In this document: in pieces, positions 1 through 7,949 of the stretch
Position numbering within the stretch: position 1 is the stretch's first letter
Layout: every line of letters begins with the position of its first letter
Source: a virus
Taxonomy: Duplodnaviria > Caudoviricetes
IMG/VR virus record: IMGVR_UViG_3300033069_001378
Span: 96,001 to 160,000 of that record
Direction: 5' to 3' (one strand)
DNA: 64,000 nt
Notes under the pieces: generated by a model
The model's input: only the letters and a program-made list of their open reading frames with translations
Databases searched by the model: none
Told to the model about the DNA's origin: nothing
Program-made: the position numbers and the translations under genes

Positions 1-1
1 A

Positions 2-286
2 GCTATTCAACAAGGAGTCAAACAAACCTTTGGCTCAATAAGAAGCTACGCTCAACTTCAACAGAAGTATGGATCAAACCCACAGTTCAAGAAGATTGAT
101 GACTCCATTACTGCTGGTCTTAAGAAGCAGAACATGAATGACCAACAGATTGTTCAAGAGAAAGAGAAGCTTCTTCCTCAAGTGAAAAAACAATTCAAGG
201 GAATGCTTGTCAAACAACTTCAAAATACAAAAATGGACCCAAGAGCCATGCAAAACATACAGAAAGTAATACAAACCATAAGTTGA
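2..286 (+). CDS. 3' end of a hypothetical protein (partial, runs off the window)
   Basis: Frame 2 is open from base 2 to TGA at 284-286 (AIQQGVKQTFGSIRSYAQ...), followed by a terminator-like hairpin. Confidence 0.75.
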   Translation, partial: AIQQGVKQTFGSIRSYAQLQQKYGSNPQFKKIDDSITAGLKKQNMNDQQIVQEKEKLLPQVKKQFKGMLVKQLQNTKMDPRAMQNIQKVIQTIS

Positions 287-320
287 ATTAGACAAGAGCA
301 ATTTTTTTCGATTATTCTTA

Positions 321-358
321 GAACGTGTGCCTGTGACTTATACAGCGCACGTTTTTTC
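321..358 (+). terminator. Intrinsic terminator
   Basis: AACGTGTGC...GCGCACGTT stem followed by a T-run. Confidence 0.6.
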
Positions 359-378
359 ATTTTCGAAAGGATATTACT

Positions 379-657
379 ATGTCATCAAAAAAGGGTAACG
401 TTGCAGAACGTCAACCAACAGACCTAAAAGAACTCTCAAATCTCGTGGACGAGTTTATGACCCGTTACACAAACGTTGAGAATGAACTTGCCATGCTTAA
501 GGAAGATCAGAAGAATCTTGTTGAAGAGTTTTCGGATCGTCTAGATGTTAAGACACTCAAGCAAGCAATCAGAGCAATCAACATCAAGAGAAAGGTAGAC
601 CACAAGGATACCTTTGACACATTTGTTGATATCTTAGACCACAGAATCGGAGATTGA
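379..657 (+). CDS. Small helical dsDNA-binding protein (GapR/DUF2312- or T4 DsbA-like)
   Basis: 92 aa with pattern LVDEF..R..NVENEL..LKED.K.L.EE...LDVKTLKQAI; AAAGGA upstream. Confidence 0.6.
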   Translation: MSSKKGNVAERQPTDLKELSNLVDEFMTRYTNVENELAMLKEDQKNLVEEFSDRLDVKTLKQAIRAINIKRKVDHKDTFDTFVDILDHRIGD

Positions 658-660
658 GCA

Positions 661-1086
661 ATGTCTAGCAGTTCAGATATAAACAAGAAACTAAAGCTTC
701 CGATTATCTATTACGAAGAACCAGAAAACGGCTATGCAAATCCAATTCCATACATCGAAATGGATAAGGAAGAAGAGTGGCCAAGCATTCTGTTCATTCA
801 AGAGTACAGACACACAGGAGAGTTTGAGCCAGATCATAAGGGCAATCCTTCTCCAATAATGGATATGATCATTCATCAATACGTCGATATGCTTACACTC
901 AAAGACAGAGTTAGCGAAGAGACATATGACATTATCAGAGTCGCACTTGGAATGAAGCCACTTCGTGAAGCTCAACAAGCTGGCGCAAAGATTCTAGACA
1001 AGGTTGAAAAGAACCTTGCAGAACAAAAGAAAAAGTCAAAACAACAACAAGATAGTGACGACGACAAAGAAACAACCATACACTGA
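661..1086 (+). CDS. Hypothetical phage protein
   Basis: 141-aa ORF packed in an operon. Confidence 0.7.
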   Translation: MSSSSDINKKLKLPIIYYEEPENGYANPIPYIEMDKEEEWPSILFIQEYRHTGEFEPDHKGNPSPIMDMIIHQYVDMLTLKDRVSEETYDIIRVALGMKPLREAQQAGAKILDKVEKNLAEQKKKSKQQQDSDDDKETTIH

Positions 1087-1095
1087 GGTATTAAC

Positions 1096-1299
1096 ATGAA
1101 ACTACATCATTCTGCAATTGAAAAGATCGTACAAATCTGCACGACTTACGCTGGAAGCCCTGGCGAGACAAAGATCAAGAAGCTTCTTCAAGCCATCGAC
1201 TTTACACCATATGAGCAAAAGTTGAACGAAAACCAAGATATCATTCTTGTTTTGACCGAAGACTTCGTTAACGCACTTAAAGAGAAGCGTGGAGGTTGA
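1096..1299 (+). CDS. Hypothetical protein
   Basis: 67-aa ORF with GAGGT ribosome-binding site. Confidence 0.6.
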   Translation: MKLHHSAIEKIVQICTTYAGSPGETKIKKLLQAIDFTPYEQKLNENQDIILVLTEDFVNALKEKRGG

Positions 1300-1304
1300 A
1301 CGAT

Positions 1305-1997
1305 ATGGCTTCTAAAGAAGATTTGGAAATAGGGCAAGTAATCTATATCGTGTCCGACAAATCTGGTAATGTTATCCCTGCTATTGTAGCAGAAGAGGTT
1401 GTGATAAAAACTCTTGAAGGTAACTCTACCTCTTGGAAGCTTTTTGTTGGTCCACAAACAAGTAGACAGATTATTGATTCACGAAAGATCACCGGAGACG
1501 TTTACTCGACGATTGAAGAAGTAGGAGATGTTCTACAGGACAGACTCTCAGAGTTCATCAACGGAACCATTGCGGAAACTAAGCAAAGAGCAAAGAAGTG
1601 GTACGGAGTTTATGTTGACGAAAGTGATAAGAGGAACGCTCTAATGTCATCTCTGACCGATGAAACAGGCAAGATTGATGCAGATCAGCTTCTTGAAACT
1701 GTTGATAGGTCAGAAAATGAAACACAGAGCATTCCAAGCAAGGCTTCGACAACAAAGCAACAGCAGAAGACAATCTCTACTTCAAGACGACCAAAGACTG
1801 CTAAGGAAAAACTAAGAGAAGCCTTCGGATCAGATGAAGAAGCACTTCTTGAGGCTGCCGAGCAAAAACAACAATCATTACCAGACCAAAACGGCATCGT
1901 TAAAAAGATAGTCAAGGGTCCAGACGGACAGCCAGTTGAAATGCAGTTTCAACTTGTAAAAGATGAACAAGGAAATGTTGGGTACGTACCTCTATGA
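1305..1997 (+). CDS. Hypothetical protein (start at ATG 1305 or TTG 1296)
   Basis: Long ORF, GGAGG upstream, ATGA overlap with GroEL. Confidence 0.7.
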   Translation: MASKEDLEIGQVIYIVSDKSGNVIPAIVAEEVVIKTLEGNSTSWKLFVGPQTSRQIIDSRKITGDVYSTIEEVGDVLQDRLSEFINGTIAETKQRAKKWYGVYVDESDKRNALMSSLTDETGKIDADQLLETVDRSENETQSIPSKASTTKQQQKTISTSRRPKTAKEKLREAFGSDEEALLEAAEQKQQSLPDQNGIVKKIVKGPDGQPVEMQFQLVKDEQGNVGYVPL

Positions 1998-3727
1998 CAC
2001 AGCAACAAATTCAAGAAGTAAAAACGCAAGAAGTTGTTTTTGGAGACAAGGCACACTCTGAAATACTAAAGGGTGCAACAATTCTAGCGGAAGCCGTCAA
2101 GTCTACGATGGGACCATCAGGTCATAGCGTAATCATTGATATGGACGTCGGTGCTCCTCTTATTACCAAAGACGGAGTAACTGTTGCAAGAAGCATCAAT
2201 CTCAAGGACCGTCTTCAGTCAATGGGTGCCGAGCTAATCAAAGAAGTTGCTTCAAAGACAAACGAGCTTGCAGGAGACGGAACCACAACAGCTACCGTTC
2301 TTGCTCATACCTTACTTCAAGCAGGAACAAGAGCGGTTGCCACAGGATGCTCTTCCATTGAACTCAAAAAGGGAATGGATATAGCAACAGAGACAGTCCT
2401 TCAGTTCTTGAAGGAAAATGTCACTCCTATTAGCGGAAAAGAAGACATAATCAACGTTGGAACCATTTCCGCAAACGGAGACAGAGAACTTGGACAACTT
2501 ATTGCAGACGCAATTGAGAAGGTTGGACAAGATGGAATCATAACAGTAGAGCCAGCCAAGAGCGTTCATACGACACTCAACACGGTAGAAGGACTACAGC
2601 TTGATTCAGGATACGTCTCAGGTTTCTTTATCACAAATTCCGAAAAGGCAAACTGTGAATTTGAGAATCCTTACATTGTCATTACTGCCAACAAGATCGT
2701 CAACATTTCCGATGTTGTTCCAATCATGGAAAAGGCAATAAACGCAAACAAACCACTTGTCATCATTGCAGACGACATTGAGGGAGAAGCATTGCACACA
2801 CTTATCGTTAACTCGATGAAAAGAGTTATCAAAGTTTGCGCAATCAAGGCTCCTAGTTACGGTGAACACAGATCAGACCTTCTTGGGGATCTTGCAACGG
2901 TTGTTGGCACAGAAGTTGTTGGTGCAACAACAGAGCTAAAGATTGACAGAATGAAGGTAGAGAACTTTGGAACCTGTGCAAAGGTTATCGTCAACAGAGG
3001 AAACACAATCTTTGTTGGAAGTGACAAGGATCAGTCTCTCAAGGCAAGAACAAAAGAAAGAATCGATTCCCTGAGAACTCTTTTGACAACCGATAACACA
3101 CTTGACGAGGCTCGTATGGCAAGGTACCGCCAGAGGCTTGCAAAGCTATCAGGAGGCGTTGCAATCATCAAGGTGGGTGGAAGTACCGAGATTGAAATCA
3201 GAGAGAAGAAGGACCGTGTAGACGACGCTGTGAATGCAACCATTGCTGCAACTCAAGAAGGCATTGTCCCCGGTGGTGGAACCATGTTGTTCTATGCGTC
3301 TCAGTATCTAAAGGAATATCTCAAGAGTGAAAAGCTTATTGGAATTCTTTCTGATGACACAATGACTGGTATAAAGGTTGTAGCAGAAGCTTGTGAAGCT
3401 CCATTTAGAACAATCATCGGTAATACAGGAAGAAGTCCAGACGTATTTGCCAATGACCTACTAAAGACAATCGAAGGAACCGTCATATATTCAACAGAGC
3501 CAAAGACCTATGTTGACGAACATGGAAAGTTACACACTTGGAAACTTCCTGCAAGCTTCAACAAAGGTTTTGACGCACGTACAGGTAAATACGTAGACTT
3601 GATTGCAAGCGGCGTTATTGATCCTTCAAAGGTAACTCGTTTGTCCCTTGAACATGCCACTTCTGTTGTTGGACTTGTTCTTACATGCAACTCGATAATC
3701 GTTAACAGTGAAGAAAAATCAAACTAA
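1994..3727 (+). CDS. groEL: Chaperonin GroEL (Cpn60)
   Basis: TMGP, ITKDGVTVA, AGDGTTTAT, TISANGD, RLAKLSGGVA, EGIVPGGG and GVIDP motifs. Confidence 0.98.
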   Translation: MTQQQIQEVKTQEVVFGDKAHSEILKGATILAEAVKSTMGPSGHSVIIDMDVGAPLITKDGVTVARSINLKDRLQSMGAELIKEVASKTNELAGDGTTTATVLAHTLLQAGTRAVATGCSSIELKKGMDIATETVLQFLKENVTPISGKEDIINVGTISANGDRELGQLIADAIEKVGQDGIITVEPAKSVHTTLNTVEGLQLDSGYVSGFFITNSEKANCEFENPYIVITANKIVNISDVVPIMEKAINANKPLVIIADDIEGEALHTLIVNSMKRVIKVCAIKAPSYGEHRSDLLGDLATVVGTEVVGATTELKIDRMKVENFGTCAKVIVNRGNTIFVGSDKDQSLKARTKERIDSLRTLLTTDNTLDEARMARYRQRLAKLSGGVAIIKVGGSTEIEIREKKDRVDDAVNATIAATQEGIVPGGGTMLFYASQYLKEYLKSEKLIGILSDDTMTGIKVVAEACEAPFRTIIGNTGRSPDVFANDLLKTIEGTVIYSTEPKTYVDEHGKLHTWKLPASFNKGFDARTGKYVDLIASGVIDPSKVTRLSLEHATSVVGLVLTCNSIIVNSEEKSN

Positions 3728-3753
3728 GAAGAGAAATTTAGGAGAACAACAAA

Positions 3754-4116
3754 ATGGCAAAAGGTGACAGAGTTAGAATTGACGCAACAACAGGGATCTT
3801 CTCAGAAAACGGAGGACAAGAACTTGTCTACGTTTATGAACCAAGAATTGATCCAAACACAGGTAAGCCTCTTATGAATCCATCTGACGGCACTTGCTTG
3901 ATCGAATGTAAGGGTGGAATCACAAAGGGTTCGTTCGGATTCATTGAAGGTGAAACTCTTAAGATCAGCAAAATGTCTCTGAAAGATTACAATGGAGTTC
4001 CTGGCATCCATGGAACAGATACAACTATACTGATTCCAGTGTTCCTAGAAAGATATCAACGTCGTGGTTGGTTTCCAGCCGACAACGTGAGAATTGTAGC
4101 AGGTGGTTTAGCCTGA
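3754..4116 (+). CDS. Hypothetical protein (beta-rich, possibly SH3-like)
   Basis: 120-aa ORF, AGGAGA upstream. Confidence 0.7.
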   Translation: MAKGDRVRIDATTGIFSENGGQELVYVYEPRIDPNTGKPLMNPSDGTCLIECKGGITKGSFGFIEGETLKISKMSLKDYNGVPGIHGTDTTILIPVFLERYQRRGWFPADNVRIVAGGLA

Positions 4117-4168
4117 TACAGTATGACAGCACAATAGTAGTGAGACAGTAGTATCAGTTAATACGAAA

Positions 4169-4199
4169 AGAAACGGGGAGATTTTGTCTCCCCGTTTCT
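4169..4199. terminator. Terminator hairpin between convergent operons
   Basis: Perfect 13-bp stem AGAAACGGGGAGA/TCTCCCCGTTTCT. Confidence 0.85.
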
Positions 4200-4220
4200 C
4201 ATTTTCTGTGTGTTATGAAA

Positions 4221-4889
4221 TTACTTCTTGGTCTTAAGAGCTTCTCTGATGATATTTGTCATCTGAGTTCTTGTTAACTTTACTGTTGTACCTTCTGTCA
4301 ATCCGTAGATATCTGCGTAGCCTTTTGCTTCTTCTGGTGTTCTACGTCCAGTTGCAATATCAAATGACAAGTCTCCACCGTTGTCTGCTTGAGTCTCAGG
4401 CATGTAGGTTGATGCCGAGACAAGGTTTTCTTCTGCGTGAACAAGAAAACGTGACATTTTGTCTCTTCTTTTACCTCTTGGAAGTTGAGCTACAAAGGAC
4501 TGTAGGTTCTCGATTGCTCTAATAGCAATTCCCATGTTTGCATCGATGCTTCTTGTAACATCGCCTGGAGCTTCTTCAAGGGCATCTTCTTCCATTACTT
4601 CTGAATAGCCTTCTTCTACTGGTGGTTGAGCTTGAACTCCGATAATGTGATTAAGGAACTGATCCCAATCCATTTCCATCGATTCACCAGTTGGTGTCCA
4701 TTCGCTTGGCTCATCGTCATAGAAAGAATCTTCTTGATAGAGATCAACGAAGTGTCTTGCGTCAACTCCACTCTTATCGAGCAGCGCGCTTATCTTCTCA
4801 AAAATGTCGCCACGGATTGTCTTTTCAAAGTAGTTGACTTGATTGACGCCGGCTTTTGCTAATAGTTGTGCTAATTTCTGTTTGTTCAT
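4221..4889 (-). CDS. Acidic hypothetical protein, possible internal head protein
   Basis: 222-aa ORF with C-terminal LTRTQMTNIIREAL. Confidence 0.7.
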   Translation of the reverse strand: MNKQKLAQLLAKAGVNQVNYFEKTIRGDIFEKISALLDKSGVDARHFVDLYQEDSFYDDEPSEWTPTGESMEMDWDQFLNHIIGVQAQPPVEEGYSEVMEEDALEEAPGDVTRSIDANMGIAIRAIENLQSFVAQLPRGKRRDKMSRFLVHAEENLVSASTYMPETQADNGGDLSFDIATGRRTPEEAKGYADIYGLTEGTTVKLTRTQMTNIIREALKTKK

Positions 4890-4904
4890 GTTGTTGTTCT
4901 TCTT

Positions 4905-5636
4905 TCAGGCTCCAATTAATACACGTTGCTTAAGTAGGAAGACAAATCCTTCTTGTTCGTCAAGAATACCAGCCAACAAGTTGTCAAGTCCCTTTGTGAG
5001 TAAGTCTTTATCTTGAAGGTCCATCATCATCTTTTCGACTGTGTGAATGAAAAGCTCGATAGTGTCCTTACCTCTCTTTGCATAGAGAAAGTTGATGTTG
5101 TCATCGTCTGTGACGAGTGAGTGCATGTTGTTCACATGATCAAGGAAGACTTCCATTGTTTCTGTGATCTTCTCGGAAGAAATAAGGTTTGGAGAACCAA
5201 GACCAATTGCTTTTTCTGCAACTCCATCAATCTGCCCATCGATTCCTTCATAGATTCTTTGGAACATAAGGTGGTCGCCATAGAAGCTGTTTCCATTCAC
5301 CTTCCAGTGAAAGGTTTGGAATAGAACGGTCATACCTTCAAGCATTCCTACGATTGCTCCAAGCTCAGCATAGGGATGACCGGCAAAAGGCTCAATTACC
5401 TTGGTAAGAAGCTCTTCTTGGTCCACAGGATTGTCCATAAGGTCAACGTTGATAGGTGCAGGAACGGACGATGTGTCGGTTGTCATAGGAATGCCAGCAT
5501 CAAAGTCATTCTCAGGTCCAACCGAGTTTGATTCATGCTCTCTTGGCATAATGGCTATGTCACCCATGGACTGTTCTTTGATTGTTGTTGTTGTTTTGAC
5601 TTTTTCTGTCAAAAAAGTCTTTGTGAAGAATGACAT
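4905..5636 (-). CDS. Dps/ferritin-like protein with acidic N-terminal extension
   Basis: FHWKVNGNSFYGDHLMFQRIYE...IDGVAEKAIGLG ferroxidase-type signature. Confidence 0.85.
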   Translation of the reverse strand: MSFFTKTFLTEKVKTTTTIKEQSMGDIAIMPREHESNSVGPENDFDAGIPMTTDTSSVPAPINVDLMDNPVDQEELLTKVIEPFAGHPYAELGAIVGMLEGMTVLFQTFHWKVNGNSFYGDHLMFQRIYEGIDGQIDGVAEKAIGLGSPNLISSEKITETMEVFLDHVNNMHSLVTDDDNINFLYAKRGKDTIELFIHTVEKMMMDLQDKDLLTKGLDNLLAGILDEQEGFVFLLKQRVLIGA

Positions 5637-5660
5637 TTAGTGAACTCCCTTATGCGAAAC

Positions 5661-5682
5661 ATACTTATACTCGAATAAGTAT
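5661..5682. promoter_or_regulatory. Divergent pair of ATACTTA motifs (putative late promoters)
   Basis: ATACTTA at 5661-5667 and TAAGTAT at 5676-5682 between divergent genes. Confidence 0.55.
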
Positions 5683-5710
5683 TCGTTTCACATTAGAAAG
5701 GCACACAAAA

Positions 5711-6145
5711 ATGTCAGGTTATAACACATTCAACTATCCAGCTTCGGGATTAAACAATGCGGCAGAGTATATCGCATCGGGACTTCCTTGGGTAACAAGC
5801 TCACAAGCAACCACAAGTCCTTTCTCCTACAACTTCCCATTTGTTACCAATATGATAACGGTAGCAAACTCAGGAACCCTTCCATTGAGAATTGGCTTTA
5901 CCCAAAACGGAGTCAATGGAGTTGGTGGATCAAACTACTTTGTTGTACCTGCTGCTGCAACTGTAGATCTTGACGTAAGAGTGAGAACACTCTATGTTCG
6001 CTCAGACTCAGGCACAATCAGCTACAGCATCTTTGCAGGACTAACACAAATCCCATCCAGAGGATTTCCTCTGTTGACGGGATCTGCTGCTCAATTTAAT
6101 CCAAACGCTACCGGAAGCCAATATGGCTACGACGGAATTGGTTGA
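5711..6145 (+). CDS. Probable virion structural protein
   Basis: Likely start MSGYNTFNY at 5711; G/S/T-rich beta composition. Confidence 0.65.
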   Translation: MSGYNTFNYPASGLNNAAEYIASGLPWVTSSQATTSPFSYNFPFVTNMITVANSGTLPLRIGFTQNGVNGVGGSNYFVVPAAATVDLDVRVRTLYVRSDSGTISYSIFAGLTQIPSRGFPLLTGSAAQFNPNATGSQYGYDGIG

Positions 6146-6149
6146 TGGA

Positions 6150-6635
6150 TCAATCGTCTTGATTTCTCTTTGCAGCTAGCACTGACAGGTAAATCGAACA
6201 CTTAGAGTGAAACTCATGCCCTTTCTTAAGGGCATTTTTTGCGTTCGGAATAAGAACAGAAAGGGTTTCGTTAACGTGCTCTCTTAGCTTTTTGTTCTTA
6301 TGGTAGTTGGTCATGTTTACGACAAGAATGGCACTTGCTTGAGTCATCCAATCAACGTAGATATCAAGAATGTAGTCGATTGGCAAAGAAGTTTTTAACT
6401 CTGCTTGTCGCTTCATATCTGCCAAAATGAATGGATTGATGGCATAGACGTTTGGAGAAATAGAAAACTTGTCCAACTCTTCTTGCGGAATCTTGTTTTC
6501 CTTCAAGTTCTTGAACGTCTCTTCACAGTGTTCTACAAGAAGATCAAGGACTTTAAGTTTATGATCGACTGCATCAACCAATTCCTGTGATACTTCATCC
6601 TTGTCTGTCATTCTAGTCTTTGTTGTATCGCTCAT
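6150..6635 (-). CDS. Hypothetical protein
   Basis: 161-aa ORF in an operon. Confidence 0.65.
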   Translation of the reverse strand: MSDTTKTRMTDKDEVSQELVDAVDHKLKVLDLLVEHCEETFKNLKENKIPQEELDKFSISPNVYAINPFILADMKRQAELKTSLPIDYILDIYVDWMTQASAILVVNMTNYHKNKKLREHVNETLSVLIPNAKNALKKGHEFHSKCSIYLSVLAAKRNQDD

Positions 6636-6845
6636 ATAATCATTCTAAAACGTTGTGGTCAACAATGCTGTCCGCAAGTATGTCTTGGTTGAGGTTGGTT
6701 TTGGATTTGTTATAGATTTTTTGTTCTTCTTGGAGTGGAGGAGCAATCATCGCTGGAGGGATCTCCAGGGTAATTTCTAGTCTTGGCTGTTCGTAAGCTT
6801 CTTTATTTTGTTTTGCCATATTTCACTCCCTAAAGATAAATACAG

Positions 6846-7388
6846 TCACCAAACAGTCTTACGCTTCGAATGATGCTTTATCGTCCAATCATAGATTGCC
6901 ATTCCAAAAGCAACAGAGATATTCAAATCGTTGTTGATTCCGAACATTGGGATGGAAACTACGTCCTTTGAAACGTTCAGAATCTCATCAGGCACACCAC
7001 TCTTCTCAGAACCAAAGACCAAGATTGGTTCATTTGGATACTCGTATCCCCAACTTGTCTTCGTTGTCAGCAAGCCAGGTCGTCTCTCAAAAGAGACAAT
7101 GTTTCGTTCAGAGGTCTTCTCAAGAAAGTCCTTGAGAGTGAGAAGTTCAATGTCCTCGTACTTGTGATTTCCCATGGTTCCCTTCTCGTAGAAAGGATCC
7201 TTTGACTCTTCAATGTCAACGAGATAAATCTTGCGTACAAGAAAGGAATGCGCTGTGCGAATGATGCCAGCGATATTGAAGTAATTGCCTGCTCCGTATA
7301 TTGCAACGTCTACAGGGTGACGAATCTCACTTAGAACTTCGACAATCTCTTCCTTGGAGAAATCGTCAAGATTGGGCTTTGTTGTCAT
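6846..7388 (-). CDS. SpoU/TrmH-family RNA 2'-O-methyltransferase (SPOUT)
   Basis: NIAGIIRTA, LVFGSEKSGV, SIPMFG..DLNISVA motifs. Confidence 0.92.
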   Translation of the reverse strand: MTTKPNLDDFSKEEIVEVLSEIRHPVDVAIYGAGNYFNIAGIIRTAHSFLVRKIYLVDIEESKDPFYEKGTMGNHKYEDIELLTLKDFLEKTSERNIVSFERRPGLLTTKTSWGYEYPNEPILVFGSEKSGVPDEILNVSKDVVSIPMFGINNDLNISVAFGMAIYDWTIKHHSKRKTVW

Positions 7389-7395
7389 GATAAAC

Positions 7396-7698
7396 TCAGG
7401 ACCAGCTATCCTTTTGGGGTTCGCGACTGACGCTGCTTTCTGCTGCCAGCTTCTTACGATCCGTAGCCGACTTCTTGATACCGGAAGATAGACGCTTGAC
7501 GATCTTGCCGTTCTTCATATCGTAAATGCTGCACTCAACGATAACCTTATCTCCGAGAAGAATCTGAATCTTGTTGAGTCGCATCTTACCACTTGGCTTT
7601 GCATTTACATGCTCACCGTTTTCGAGTTGAATCTTAAAGCAACCCTTTGTATCAAAAACTACTGTTCCTTCGAACTCTACGTGCTGATCTGATGACAT
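7396..7698 (-). CDS. infA: Translation initiation factor IF-1 with C-terminal tail
   Basis: EFEGTV...FKIQLENGEHVNAKPSGKMRLNKIQILLGDKVIVECSIYD..GKIV.R. Confidence 0.92.
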   Translation of the reverse strand: MSSDQHVEFEGTVVFDTKGCFKIQLENGEHVNAKPSGKMRLNKIQILLGDKVIVECSIYDMKNGKIVKRLSSGIKKSATDRKKLAAESSVSREPQKDSWS

Positions 7699-7949
7699 TT
7701 GTTTCCTTTGTTATGAGTAGATTGTCTATATACCATAACAGCTAAATGATTTTTTGTAAAGCTAGAGAAGCATTATTCGTTTTTATTCGAATCGAACGGA
7801 AGCTTATCCATAATGAATAGGGACAATAGGCAAATGCTGTAAACAAGCATTCCAACGTCAACAGATGAAACGTGGTCATGAGTTGCGATCTGATTAGATG
7901 AATATAGGAATACCATCAAGATCGACATTAAGGTTAAGATTTTCATGAA

